Assembly (NCBI GenBank): GCA_025358765.1 | Contig: JANYIG010000093.1 | Location: 65,355-129,354, forward strand | Origin: Candidatus Kapaibacterium sp. | GTDB lineage: Bacteria; Bacteroidota; Ignavibacteria; Kapaibacteriales; UBA4661 | DNA: 64,000 bases | Reading direction: 5' to 3' | In this document: piece by piece, positions 40,755 through 51,220 of the stretch | Layout: each line of letters opens with the position of its first letter | How positions within the stretch are numbered: position 1 is the stretch's first letter | Notes under the pieces: generated by a model | Databases searched by the model: none | What the model was told of the DNA's origin: nothing | What the model saw: only the letters and a program-made list of their open reading frames with translations | Translations under genes and position numbers: made by a program

Positions 40755-42557
40755 TTAGCGGACTTTGCGGAACGAATATTTTCCCGTGATTTTCCTTGCA
40801 AAACCGCGCCTTGTCGTGTTTGGGAAAACGCCAATCCTCCGAATTTCTAACAAATCTTCATGCAATGCTAATCCACCGCTGTCGGATGCGATGCCGTATT
40901 TGTAGCCCGCCTCCCGCACCACTACTTTTATCTGCTCGTTCAATGCCCCGTATGGATAACAGAACGTTTGCACCAAGCGTCCCAAACGCTCTTCCAATCT
41001 CAGTTTCGATTCCGTAATTTCCCTCTGCGCCTGTTCTAAAGGGATGTTTGGTAAATGCGGATGCGTGAGTGTATGCGAGCCAAATTCAATGCCATACTCT
41101 TGCATCTCAAGGATTTGTGCGGTGTTGAGCAGTTTGAGCGGCGGTAAACCCGAAATATTCTCATTATCCCATGTATTTTCTGTGCGGTCTGCCACAAGGA
41201 AAATCACTGCCGTCATGCCGTACTTTTTGAGAAGCGGAAAAAGCAGTGTGTAATTATCCTCATAGCCGTCATCGAAGCTCAGAATAATGCGCTTTTTAGG
41301 TTTGGTGCGATGGGGTACGGCATGGTCTTCAAAGCGATTTGGCACATCCAAATCCCGAAATGTTGTCGTCTGGAAACCTTGCTGTTTCAGGAATTGAAGG
41401 TGTTGCTCGAATTGCTCTGCTGTCACCCAGATTGGCAATGCCCCGCCTTCTTTTGGTGTGCGTACAATGCGGTGATACGTCAGAATCGGCATTTCGTAGC
41501 GGTAACGTTGGACAAGGGCGGTTTGATAGGCAGATTCCACGCTGTTTGTCAGCGTTTCGATGGAAAATTCACGCCGGACAGTTTGTTGTACGACTTCATC
41601 ACACGCATCAAGGCGGAGAGCGGTTTGCACGTCACGCCCCAGAATTGCCCAGTCAAAAGATTTCTGTGTGGCAATGTCTCCAAAATTTGTCTGCAAAACC
41701 TCCGCAAGGTTTTTGCGTGTCACCAAGCCATGCAACCATGCCTCGCCAACGGCAATAGTCGGTTTTCCCATCAAAATGCCCTCAATCGCCGAACGCCCTG
41801 CGCCAATGACCACATCCGATAGGGCAATCCAGGCGGACACATTATCCACATAACCCGTAAATTCAACGTGCGGAAGAAACTTTTGGAATCGTTCGGGAAT
41901 TTCGCGCCCACCAATCACACGGACAACAAGAGAGCTTTCACTGTTTGTATTCTCAAAAATCGCCGGAAGTAACGCCTCAAGTGCTTTGTACGCCAGATCG
42001 CCTTTTTCCTTTGACAGCCTGCCGATAAGGGAAATTATTTTGAGGTTTGAGTTTTTAGGGTTTTGGGGTGTATTCTCAGCACACGGCACAGAAACGCCGT
42101 TTCGGACAATCTGCACAGTGCGAGGATGTACGCCAAGTTCGTGGACGATGTTGTCACGCACGGCTTCGCAGATGGGCAGCACAACGTCGCCGAATGCCTT
42201 CAAAAACTTGCGGGAAAAATGTGTCGGTTGTCGCCCGTGAACCGTTGTTACAAGCGGTATTCCCGCAATCTGCGCCGCAAAATACGCACACCAGCCCGCC
42301 GCTCGTGAATGTGCATGGATGACGTGAATGTTATGTCTGTGGATGAAGGAAACGAGGCGGCGAATGTGGCGCAACCGCGCTCGGAGGGAACGTTCATTGA
42401 AGGGAATCGGCGTAAAGGCTGCTTTTGTCGATTTTGTGAGTGTGTCGGATGCGATGAACACCATATGTCCGCGCTCAATCAGGCTATCAGCAAGCGTCAC
42501 GGCATAGACCTCTGCACCTGTGACCTCTACTTGTGACAATGCCATCAAAATATTCAT
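40755..42557 (-). CDS. Bifunctional GT4-like glycosyltransferase (N-terminal) and NodB/CE4 polysaccharide deacetylase (C-terminal) fusion
   Basis: The N-terminal about 380 aa has a GT-B/GT4-like pattern. The C-terminal domain has the NodB motif ILSFDDGYEDNY and the His motif GSHTLTHPHL. Confidence 0.7.
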   Translation of the reverse strand: MNILMALSQVEVTGAEVYAVTLADSLIERGHMVFIASDTLTKSTKAAFTPIPFNERSLRARLRHIRRLVSFIHRHNIHVIHAHSRAAGWCAYFAAQIAGIPLVTTVHGRQPTHFSRKFLKAFGDVVLPICEAVRDNIVHELGVHPRTVQIVRNGVSVPCAENTPQNPKNSNLKIISLIGRLSKEKGDLAYKALEALLPAIFENTNSESSLVVRVIGGREIPERFQKFLPHVEFTGYVDNVSAWIALSDVVIGAGRSAIEGILMGKPTIAVGEAWLHGLVTRKNLAEVLQTNFGDIATQKSFDWAILGRDVQTALRLDACDEVVQQTVRREFSIETLTNSVESAYQTALVQRYRYEMPILTYHRIVRTPKEGGALPIWVTAEQFEQHLQFLKQQGFQTTTFRDLDVPNRFEDHAVPHRTKPKKRIILSFDDGYEDNYTLLFPLLKKYGMTAVIFLVADRTENTWDNENISGLPPLKLLNTAQILEMQEYGIEFGSHTLTHPHLPNIPLEQAQREITESKLRLEERLGRLVQTFCYPYGALNEQIKVVVREAGYKYGIASDSGGLALHEDLLEIRRIGVFPNTTRRGFARKITGKYSFRKVR

Positions 42558-42572
42558 ACGCTGTGTATGTTC

Positions 42573-44477
42573 TCAATTCTCTTCCGTATAAAGCTGTTCG
42601 ATTCTATCGGCATATTTTTTTTCGACTACGTGGCGGCGAATGCTCATTTTTGGGGTTATTTCGCCCTCTTCGACCGTGAATGCTTTGTCGAGCAGTGCGA
42701 ATTTGCGGACTTTCTCGAATTTTGCGAAATCTTGTTGCAAGCCCTCAATATCGCGCTGAATCGCCTTTAACAAAGCATCGCTTTCGAGCATTGTGTGTGT
42801 GTCGGGATATGAGAGACCATTGGATGACGCGAACTCTTTCATGTACTCAAAGTCAGGTACGATAAGCGCTGTGCAATACTCGCGTTTGTCGCCAATCAGC
42901 AATAATTGGTCAACAAAACGGCTTTGCGAGATTGCATTTTCAATAGGCTGCGGAGCAATGTTCTTGCCGCCACTCGACACAAAAATGCTCTTTTTGCGGT
43001 CAGTGATTTGAATATTCCCTTTTTTGTTAATGAGTCCGATGTCGCCTGTGTGGAGCCAACCTTCCGCGTCAATAATCTCGCGGGTTGCAGCCTCATCGTT
43101 CAAATAGCCCTTCATCACGTTTGAACCTTTGGCAAGAATCTCGCCGTCGGCAGTAATCTTAATTTGCACATTGTACAACGGCTTGCCTACCGTTCCCACC
43201 TCAATCTCGTTATAGCGCGACACGGCAAGCACGGGCGACGATTCCGTCAGACCATAACCTTCTTGGATAATAATACCCGCTTTGATGAAGAATTCGCCCA
43301 AATCGCGTGGGAGCGCTGCTCCGCCAGAGATAAACGCTTTCAATCGCCCACCCATACGCTCGCGCAGCTTGCTAAACACCAAACGGTCTGCCAATTTGTA
43401 CTGCGTACGGAGAACCGGCGAAATGCTGCCACTCTCTTTGGCACGTAAATACCGTGTTCCCACTTCTTGCGCCCAGAAAAAGATTTTTTGTTTTGCGGGT
43501 TTGTCCTTCTCGACCGTAGAAAGAATACGTCCTTTTATTCGCTCAAACAAACGCGGAACGCTCGTCATATAAGTCGGGCGTACCTCGCGGATATTTTCGG
43601 CAACGGTCTCGATGGAAACCGCAAAAGCAATCGTTCCTTCAGTCGCAAACACTGTGTAATAACCCGTTGTACGCTCATATGCATGGCAAAGGGGGAGGAA
43701 CGACAACAAGGAATCATGCTCGGTCAAACCAATCGCATCCGCCGAACCCTCAATGTTTGCAACAATATTGGTATTCGTGAGCATTACACCTTTCGGGTTG
43801 CCCGTTGTGCCGCTTGTGTAGATGATGGTCAGTAAATCCTCTGCCTGCACGGTTTTCGCTTCACCCTCGAACCACTCGCGGCGTTCGCCCGCAGACAAAG
43901 CCGTAGCGCCATTTTTAACGATTTCCGCAAAATGATAGACATTCGGCTCGGTAATTTCCACGTCGTCGTTCATCACAATAATGTGTTCCAACGCCGTGAG
44001 TTCGCTGCGTACTTTGAGGATTTTATTGAGCTGAAATTTATTCGAGACGATTACGGCTTTGGCATTGCAGTGTTTGAGGATATATGCCTCTTGAGGAGCT
44101 GTCGCAGTAGGGTACATCGGTACATCCACTGCGCCCATACCCGTGATGGCAAAGTCGGAAATTACCCATTCCAAACGGTTTTCGGAAACGATGCCGACCG
44201 TATCGCCGCGCCGAATGCCGAGTTTGGACAACCCGAGCGCAAAATTTTCCGTGATTTCGCGGAGTTGGTCGTAGGTAGTGGAAACCCAATCCTTACCAAC
44301 TTTTCGCATAAATACAGGCTTCGAGGCGTTGCCACGATAGAAGTTCGTGACTTGCAGAAACATCTGGGGAACTGTCATGAAGCGTTGACGCATACCATTA
44401 ACGGGTTTGAAGATTGAAAGGGTACCCTTGTGAATTTGTCCATACTCCATAGTACCAGACGCTTCAATGATAAGCAC
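42573..44477 (-). CDS. Long-chain-fatty-acid--CoA ligase (AMP-dependent synthetase, FadD-like)
   Basis: The AMP-binding motif is IIYTSGTTGNPKGVMLT. The length is 634 aa. Confidence 0.85.
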   Translation of the reverse strand: MLIIEASGTMEYGQIHKGTLSIFKPVNGMRQRFMTVPQMFLQVTNFYRGNASKPVFMRKVGKDWVSTTYDQLREITENFALGLSKLGIRRGDTVGIVSENRLEWVISDFAITGMGAVDVPMYPTATAPQEAYILKHCNAKAVIVSNKFQLNKILKVRSELTALEHIIVMNDDVEITEPNVYHFAEIVKNGATALSAGERREWFEGEAKTVQAEDLLTIIYTSGTTGNPKGVMLTNTNIVANIEGSADAIGLTEHDSLLSFLPLCHAYERTTGYYTVFATEGTIAFAVSIETVAENIREVRPTYMTSVPRLFERIKGRILSTVEKDKPAKQKIFFWAQEVGTRYLRAKESGSISPVLRTQYKLADRLVFSKLRERMGGRLKAFISGGAALPRDLGEFFIKAGIIIQEGYGLTESSPVLAVSRYNEIEVGTVGKPLYNVQIKITADGEILAKGSNVMKGYLNDEAATREIIDAEGWLHTGDIGLINKKGNIQITDRKKSIFVSSGGKNIAPQPIENAISQSRFVDQLLLIGDKREYCTALIVPDFEYMKEFASSNGLSYPDTHTMLESDALLKAIQRDIEGLQQDFAKFEKVRKFALLDKAFTVEEGEITPKMSIRRHVVEKKYADRIEQLYTEEN

Positions 44478-44912
44478 TGGCAGGCGTTGAAAGGAATTAT
44501 GAACAATCGTTCATCGTTGGCAAACAAGCAACAAAGATAGTGCGGGGAGAAGAAATAGCAAAGAAAATTTCTCGCTCTGGGCGGAACCTCATATTGGTAT
44601 GACAGGTTATCTTTCTTGATGGTTGGTCGTGTTACATGCAATGCCGAAAAAATGGTGATGGGCTAAGGAAAAGAAACAAGCCCCGCCGAATTTTAATGAT
44701 GCTTGTGTACGTTTGCATCATTTTTCCCCTGTGTGCACGCTACGCCGACGGGACTTGCTGTTATTTGTAATGAAAAATTGGTAAAGAGTACAAAAATACA
44801 CAAAATTACGCATCAGAGTACAAAATAAAGTCTTTATGCGGAATCCTTGTGTCGAATTTATTTGTGAATTGAACATTTACCTTCATCAAACATTACGGGT
44901 AGAAATATTGTA

Positions 44913-46619
44913 TTAATACCCCGCAGACTGCCCGTCTTTCCTCGATTCCGAGGCTCCGAAATATACACGTTTGCCATCCGTAGTTTTTTGAACGATGATA
45001 CCTTGGTAGCCGCCAAACGCGCCATCGGTTGTGCTTCCGACTTTATGCCCCATCTTAATAAGGTCGCGTGCGGTTTCAAAAGGAAAACCATCTTCCAAAA
45101 ACACACGCCCACCATCGGTCATTGGCTCACCCGTTGGCTCGGTGGAGCCTTCGTGGGCGATGCGCGGGGCATCGCCGGCTTCTTGAGCATTCATGCCGAA
45201 ATCAAGAAGATTCATCACGATTTGCACATGCCCAAGCGGTTGAAACTCGCCACCCATCACGCCAAAACTCATAAACGGTTCGCCGTCTTTGGTAATGAAG
45301 GCGGGAATAATCGTGTGGAACGGGCGTTTGTGCGGCGCGTAGGAGTTCGGACGACCTTCTTCGAGGTCAAACAACTCGCCCCTGTCCTGCAAAATAAATC
45401 CAAGCCCGTCTGGTGTCATTCCCGAACCCATGCCGCGATAATTGCTCTGGATAAGCGAAATCATCGTGCCGTCATCGTCCGCAACGGTCATATAAATTGT
45501 GTCGCCGTCCTTGAGTGCGGGGTTGCCAGCATCGTAGCGCTGCGCTGCACGGTTTGGATTTATAAGCGTCCGACGTTTGTCAGCATAGTCTTTGGAGATG
45601 AGTTCTTTCACGGGAATTTTAACGAAATCTGGGTCGGCGTAGAATTTCGCGCGGTCTTCAAAAACCAGTTTTTTCGCCTCGACGAAGTGATGCACATGTT
45701 CCTTGCTGCCAAAGCCCCATTGCTTAAAATCATACTTTTCTAAAACGTTCAGCATTTGCAGTGCCGCTATACCCTGCCCGTTTGGTGGGAGTTCCCAGAG
45801 GTCGTAGCCACGATAGTTTGTGGAAACAGGTTCAATCCACGTGGAAGTGTGGTCGGCAAAATCCTTCGCTGTTAAAAAGCCGCCGTTTGCTTTCATATAT
45901 TTCTCAATGGTCTGGGCGATGTCGCCTTTGTAAAAGGCATCACGTCCGCCCGCAACGAGCTTCTCAAAGGTATTTGCCAGATTCGGATTTTTGAAAATTT
46001 CGCCTTTGCGTGGAGCTTTGCCATTGATAGTAAATGTTTCTTTGAAATTCGGGAACTTTTCCAACGCCGGGACGCTGCGTCCCCAATAATAGGCAATCAC
46101 TTCCGACACGGGAAATCCTTCACGAGCGTACTTAATGGCGGGCGCAAGCACAGACTTCATCGGTAGTTTGCCAAATTTTTTGTGAAGCTCGAACCATCCA
46201 TCTACGCAGCCCGGAACCGAAACGGGAAGGGGACCGAGTGCTGGAATATGCTTCAAACCTCGTTTTTTGAACTCTTCCATCGTTAGTGCGTAAGGCGAAC
46301 GACCGCTTGCATTCAAGCCGTGGAGTTTTTTCGTTTTTGCATCCCAGACGATAGCGAAAAGGTCGCCGCCCATACCATTACTCACTGGCTCGACTAGCCC
46401 CAGAACAGCGTTTGCGGCAATAGCAGCATCAATAGCAGTGCCGCCTTGTTTCAAGATGTCGAGTGCAGCTTGCGTGGCAAGCGGCTGGCTCGTACACGCC
46501 ATGCCATGTTGTGCAATCACTTCGGAGCGCGTGACAAAACGATTTCCAGTAATGCGGTGTTGTGCGAACATAGAAATAGTACTCACTACGAGTAATAATA
46601 CGGTACAAAAGGATTTCAT
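44913..46619 (-). CDS. ggt: Gamma-glutamyltranspeptidase
   Basis: 568 aa with a signal peptide. The catalytic-Thr region HTIIP and the GGT-family pattern (GMGGDLFAIVWD, TIYMTVADDDGTMISLIQS) are present. Confidence 0.85.
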   Translation of the reverse strand: MKSFCTVLLLVVSTISMFAQHRITGNRFVTRSEVIAQHGMACTSQPLATQAALDILKQGGTAIDAAIAANAVLGLVEPVSNGMGGDLFAIVWDAKTKKLHGLNASGRSPYALTMEEFKKRGLKHIPALGPLPVSVPGCVDGWFELHKKFGKLPMKSVLAPAIKYAREGFPVSEVIAYYWGRSVPALEKFPNFKETFTINGKAPRKGEIFKNPNLANTFEKLVAGGRDAFYKGDIAQTIEKYMKANGGFLTAKDFADHTSTWIEPVSTNYRGYDLWELPPNGQGIAALQMLNVLEKYDFKQWGFGSKEHVHHFVEAKKLVFEDRAKFYADPDFVKIPVKELISKDYADKRRTLINPNRAAQRYDAGNPALKDGDTIYMTVADDDGTMISLIQSNYRGMGSGMTPDGLGFILQDRGELFDLEEGRPNSYAPHKRPFHTIIPAFITKDGEPFMSFGVMGGEFQPLGHVQIVMNLLDFGMNAQEAGDAPRIAHEGSTEPTGEPMTDGGRVFLEDGFPFETARDLIKMGHKVGSTTDGAFGGYQGIIVQKTTDGKRVYFGASESRKDGQSAGY

Positions 46620-46860
46620 TTGTGTATTGAAAAAAGGTTAAAGATGGGAGGACGGTTCCATTTGGCTCGACATCGCAATATACGGGTTTTCAGTAAAAAG
46701 AGGATACGGATTCATACGCCGAAAATGCAGCGTTTTTTTGTAACTTACGAAAAGGAAGGTATCGCAGAAAAAGAACCCCTGATAGAAAGCTGTAACCCAT
46801 ACCCTTCGCGTAATCATTGCAACGTATCGCTTCTAACTTCACTCCAAATTTCACAACGTT

Positions 46861-48204
46861 ATGACAACACCTCGGACAGAATCTCCGACAAAATTACGCC
46901 TTTCGTTTTGGCAAATCTGGAATATGAGTTTCGGATTTTTGGGTATTCAATTTGGTTTTGCACTCCAAAATGCCAATGTAAGCCGCATTTTCGAGACCCT
47001 TGGCGCATCGGTGGACGAAATCCCAATTTTGTGGATTGCCGCTCCCGCAACAGGATTGCTCATTCAGCCTATCATCGGCTATATGAGCGACCGTACATGG
47101 GGTAGGCTTGGGCGTAGGCGACCGTACTTTCTCGTTGGAGCTGTTCTGGCATCGTTGGCGCTCATAGTGATGCCAAACTCGTCCGCACTCTGGATTGCGG
47201 CGGGCTTGCTTTGGATTATGGATGCTTCGATTAACATCTCAATGGAGCCGTTTCGGGCGCTTGTGGCGGATATGCTGCCGTCGGAACAACGGACAACAGG
47301 CTTTGCCGTACAGAGCTTTTTTATAGGCACTGGTGCAGTTATTGCATCGGCACTTCCTTATATGCTCACCAACTGGTTCGGTATGAGCAATACTGCTCCG
47401 AAGGGCTTTATTCCTCAATCAGTCGTGTGGTCATTCTATTTGGGTGCGTTGGCGTTTATTTCTGCCGTTGTGTGGACGGTGATGAAAACAAAAGAATATC
47501 CACCGGAGGACGAAACGGCATTCCGCAAGCATTTGAAGGAAAGTAGTGGTGTACTGACGGGGCTTAAAGAAATTGCCGAAAACTTCGCAATGATGCCCAA
47601 AACCATGATTCAGCTTGCGTTTGTGCAGTTCTTCTCGTGGTTTGCGTTATTTGCAATGTGGATTTACACAACAGCCGCTGTTACGAGCCGCATCTACGGC
47701 ACGACGGAGACGGCTTCGGCGGCGTACAATCAAGGCGCAGATTGGGTGGGAGTATGTTTTGCTGTGTACAACGGAGTTGCGGCGATTATGGCATTCTTCT
47801 TGCCCGTGCTTGCCGGAAAAACCAGTCGCAAGGCTACGCACTCAATAGCGCTTGTTTTTGGTGCGGCGGGCTTGGCATCTATCTTCATGATTACCAATCC
47901 GATGATGTTGCTTGTTTCGATGGTGGGGATAGGGTTCGCATGGGCGAGCATTTTATCTATGCCATATGCAATTTTGGCGGGTGCTTTGCCATCCCAGAAA
48001 ATGGGCATTTACATGGGCATTTTTAATTTTTTCATTGTGATTCCACAGATTCTGGCGGCGGGAATTTTAGGCTTTTTTATGAGAAATTTCTTCAATAACG
48101 AATCAGCATTTGCACTGCTTTTGGGTGGTGCTTCCATGCTTGTGGCGGCAGCGTTGATGATGATTGTCCATGATGCGGACGAACGTGGATTTGACCAACA
48201 GTAA
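46861..48204 (+). CDS. MFS/GPH-family transporter (sugar:cation symporter-like)
   Basis: 447 aa with 12 predicted TM helices. The conserved DRTWGRLGRRRPYF loop is typical of GPH/SLC45-like transporters. Confidence 0.7.
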   Translation: MTTPRTESPTKLRLSFWQIWNMSFGFLGIQFGFALQNANVSRIFETLGASVDEIPILWIAAPATGLLIQPIIGYMSDRTWGRLGRRRPYFLVGAVLASLALIVMPNSSALWIAAGLLWIMDASINISMEPFRALVADMLPSEQRTTGFAVQSFFIGTGAVIASALPYMLTNWFGMSNTAPKGFIPQSVVWSFYLGALAFISAVVWTVMKTKEYPPEDETAFRKHLKESSGVLTGLKEIAENFAMMPKTMIQLAFVQFFSWFALFAMWIYTTAAVTSRIYGTTETASAAYNQGADWVGVCFAVYNGVAAIMAFFLPVLAGKTSRKATHSIALVFGAAGLASIFMITNPMMLLVSMVGIGFAWASILSMPYAILAGALPSQKMGIYMGIFNFFIVIPQILAAGILGFFMRNFFNNESAFALLLGGASMLVAAALMMIVHDADERGFDQQ

Positions 48205-48233
48205 GGCGTATTACAACAATAGCATTGTAACTC

Positions 48234-50507
48234 TCAAACACTTGCTAACGGCAGTCGCACCGTAAATGTCGAGCCAATACCTGCAACACTGTGAATATCT
48301 ATCGTGCCGCCATGAAGCTCTGTGAACTCCTTTACAATCGAAAGTCCCATGCCAGTACCAGAGATTTTTGAGGCGTTTGAAGCACGAAAAAAAGGCGTAA
48401 ATAGTTGTTCCATATCCTGTTCGGGAATGCCGATACCACTATCGGTAACGTCAATAACAACGTGCAGAGAATCTTCTTTGATGGAAATAATGACCGTACT
48501 ATGGTCATCGGGCGAATATTTGACGGCGTTAGAGATAAGATTGCGGAGGACATGCCGGAGTAGCTTATTGTCTCCGTCCACAATTGCCTTGGCAAGTTCA
48601 AATTTTTGGGTGATACGTCCCGGATAGCCACCCGTCGTGACAGACTCCATCTCGCTAATGACATTTTTACACAGCGAGACAATGTCTATATGCACAGGCT
48701 TGAATTTTCCCGCTATAGATTCACTCTCGCTTTGAGCCAGAAAATCATTCATCAGATTCGTTAGCTCATTCACGCGGTTCCGAACTTTTTCCAATTCATC
48801 GTGACGTTGTTCTTTGCTGAGGCGGTCATTGTAACGATTTAATATGTCCACCGAGAGCAAAATGCCGGTGAGCGGAGTACGAAACTCGTGCGAAACCGTA
48901 CTCACAAAGCGGCTTTTGAGTGCATTGACCTCGCGTTCTTTTTTAAGCGATTTTTCCAACTGCTCTTCGGAAACTTTCTTTTCGGTCACGTCGAGCAATG
49001 CTTGAATGATGATAATTTCGCCAGTTTCAATAGCAAACTTTGTTGCATAATCATCGAACCATCGGTATTCATTCGGGCGAATCTGGAGGCGATACGTGCG
49101 ATACAACATCAGATGTGTATGGCTGTCAACCCACTCCACCCATTTTTGTTCGCAGAGGACTTTGTCATCGGCATGAATGGGTAAATTCATGGAATCATTC
49201 CGTGCCATCTCGGAAAAAAGTTCTACCGGATAACCCGTCTGCCGCACAAATTCTGAGTTGACAAATTCCAACCGTACACCAGAATGTAATGAGCCATTGG
49301 TTGCCGAATATTTAACGCTTTGCAGGATGCCAACCGGCAATCCCTCGACAAGGGCTTTGTAGCGCTGTTCGCTGACGCGAAGGCGATTTTCGCTTTCTTT
49401 CTGCCCTGTAATATCCACTGCCGATCCCACCACCTCTCGCACAACACCGTTTTCAACAATCGGCTCTAATACATTCAGAAAACACCGTTTGCGGAAATAC
49501 ATCTCGAACTGCGAAGGAACACCTTGAAACGCAAGGTCGAAGTTTGGCGTAAATTCTATTGCGTATTTCTCGCCAAATGCTTCTCCAATAGTTCTGTTGA
49601 GAATGTCTTCACCACTAATATTCTGCGAGAGTTTACCTTCAAACAATGTAAAAATATATTTGCCGTCGTTGCGGCGCGAAGTCTTGTAAATAAGATTTTG
49701 TAGGTTTCGTACTGTGTCACGGAAATCCTCGCGAAGCGCTCGGGCAAGAGCTTCTTGAGCTTTGTCGCGTTCATCTTCGCGGTGCTGAATCTGGCTTACC
49801 ATATTGTTAAATCCGTCCGCCAGAATGCCGATTTCGTCGTTACCGTGTCGTGTGAAACGAATGGAGTAATCGGCATCGTGGGAAATTTTCTGCACAATGC
49901 CAGAAAGTTCCGCAAGCGGCACGGAAATCAAACGTTGGAGCGGTATGGCAAGCACAAGCGAAATGAGGATGAGCCCTACGCCAGTAGATGCCATTGTGAT
50001 AATATAACTACGAATTTTGACCGCCAGAAATGCCGTTGTCGCTTGGAGATAGATCGTCCCATAGAACTCACGTTTGAAGATGATACGGTGATAAATATGC
50101 AAGGTTCCATTGCGGAATTCGGCATTCGATGCAGAAATATTCGATGCAGAAATCTTTGATATGTCCAAGTTTGGGAGCGCTGAGGATGCCGGATATTGAG
50201 GATTGGTGTACGCGGCAAAAAAGCGATTGTCTTTGTCGTAGAGATAGGCGTATTGAATTTCCTGTATTCCCTCGAGCTTGTTTAAGGCATCAATTGCTTC
50301 TTCTTGGAAGTGAAACCCTAATGGACCGACAGAATAATCACCGATAACACGAGCAATCACCATTGTATTGTCCACCATATCGCGCTCTAATGAACGGATG
50401 TTGATAAGGATAATCAATGTGAAACCTATTGTCAACGCAGAAATCGTGCTGACAAGAATAATACCGATAAGTTTGCTTCTAATAGAGAAATTCTCAACAA
50501 ACATCAT
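48234..50507 (-). CDS. Membrane-anchored sensor histidine kinase with PAS-type domains. There is no receiver domain.
   Basis: The HisKA H-box is VSTVSHEFRTPL. The HATPase motifs are DSGIGIP and GTGMGLSIVKEF. An N-terminal TM segment is present. Confidence 0.85.
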   Translation of the reverse strand: MMFVENFSIRSKLIGIILVSTISALTIGFTLIILINIRSLERDMVDNTMVIARVIGDYSVGPLGFHFQEEAIDALNKLEGIQEIQYAYLYDKDNRFFAAYTNPQYPASSALPNLDISKISASNISASNAEFRNGTLHIYHRIIFKREFYGTIYLQATTAFLAVKIRSYIITMASTGVGLILISLVLAIPLQRLISVPLAELSGIVQKISHDADYSIRFTRHGNDEIGILADGFNNMVSQIQHREDERDKAQEALARALREDFRDTVRNLQNLIYKTSRRNDGKYIFTLFEGKLSQNISGEDILNRTIGEAFGEKYAIEFTPNFDLAFQGVPSQFEMYFRKRCFLNVLEPIVENGVVREVVGSAVDITGQKESENRLRVSEQRYKALVEGLPVGILQSVKYSATNGSLHSGVRLEFVNSEFVRQTGYPVELFSEMARNDSMNLPIHADDKVLCEQKWVEWVDSHTHLMLYRTYRLQIRPNEYRWFDDYATKFAIETGEIIIIQALLDVTEKKVSEEQLEKSLKKEREVNALKSRFVSTVSHEFRTPLTGILLSVDILNRYNDRLSKEQRHDELEKVRNRVNELTNLMNDFLAQSESESIAGKFKPVHIDIVSLCKNVISEMESVTTGGYPGRITQKFELAKAIVDGDNKLLRHVLRNLISNAVKYSPDDHSTVIISIKEDSLHVVIDVTDSGIGIPEQDMEQLFTPFFRASNASKISGTGMGLSIVKEFTELHGGTIDIHSVAGIGSTFTVRLPLASV

Positions 50508-50545
50508 GGAACCCGCTGGTAGTGCAGCAAATAAGGTCGCTAATT

Positions 50546-51136
50546 TTATTGCCGCTTGTAAATGCGCCCAAGTTGGAGGAGCTTGGAGCTAAATTTTAAC
50601 TTGCTGTTCGCCACATCCTCTACACTTATCTCAAATCTCAAACGGTCATTTTCATTATAGAGATTAATTAATCCGCCTCGTTCCATAAATTTCTCTTCGT
50701 GACCAATGCTCAATATAGGTTTATTCTTCATGCGAGAAAGAATCTGTGCTGTTTTACTACTTTCTGTAGGGCAGATATAGACGGTTTGGCATTTTTCCAC
50801 GTCCTCGAGGGTTATAATTTTTTTGACGATGATTGGTTTGCCATCTGCCATCATTCTTTGTTTGGCGCTCTCCTCTAAAAACATCCCTACACGACTGCTT
50901 CCAACAATACCAATCACAAAGGACGACTCATTGCCGGAAGCGCCAGAGTTCGTCGCAGATGCAGGAATTGGCCACTCAATGAACTGAATAAACTGCAAAA
51001 TAAAAGCAGCTTCCACCAGCTCTTCCTCAGCAATGATAGGCTTTTGGGCATACACAACGTCCGCTTCTACAATACACTGGCACAAGCAGAAGAGGATGCC
51101 TAATAGTGATGCACAATATCGAGAAGAGTAGTTCAC
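50546..51136 (-). CDS. DUF4154 (YfiR-like) periplasmic protein, co-oriented immediately upstream of the histidine kinase
   Basis: 196 aa with a signal peptide. The pattern (AAFILQFIQFIEWP, VIGIVGSS, ILSIGHEEKFMERGGLINL, KLLQLGRIY) is consistent with DUF4154. Confidence 0.6.
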   Translation of the reverse strand: MNYSSRYCASLLGILFCLCQCIVEADVVYAQKPIIAEEELVEAAFILQFIQFIEWPIPASATNSGASGNESSFVIGIVGSSRVGMFLEESAKQRMMADGKPIIVKKIITLEDVEKCQTVYICPTESSKTAQILSRMKNKPILSIGHEEKFMERGGLINLYNENDRLRFEISVEDVANSKLKFSSKLLQLGRIYKRQ

Positions 51137-51220
51137 AGCAAACGTAGCGATAGTATAGCCGCAGATAAAATTTTAATTCAAATGCAAACCGTTTCCCTGT
51201 GTCCGCAATAGGGGAGTCGG

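Noticed and set aside
41310-41822. 170-aa and neighbouring plus-strand ORFs inside the glycosyltransferase/deacetylase gene
   Set aside because: They are antisense to a gene with clear NodB and GT motifs.
44988-45743. 251-aa plus-strand ORF inside ggt
   Set aside because: It is antisense to a strongly supported gamma-glutamyltranspeptidase gene and has no recognisable motifs.
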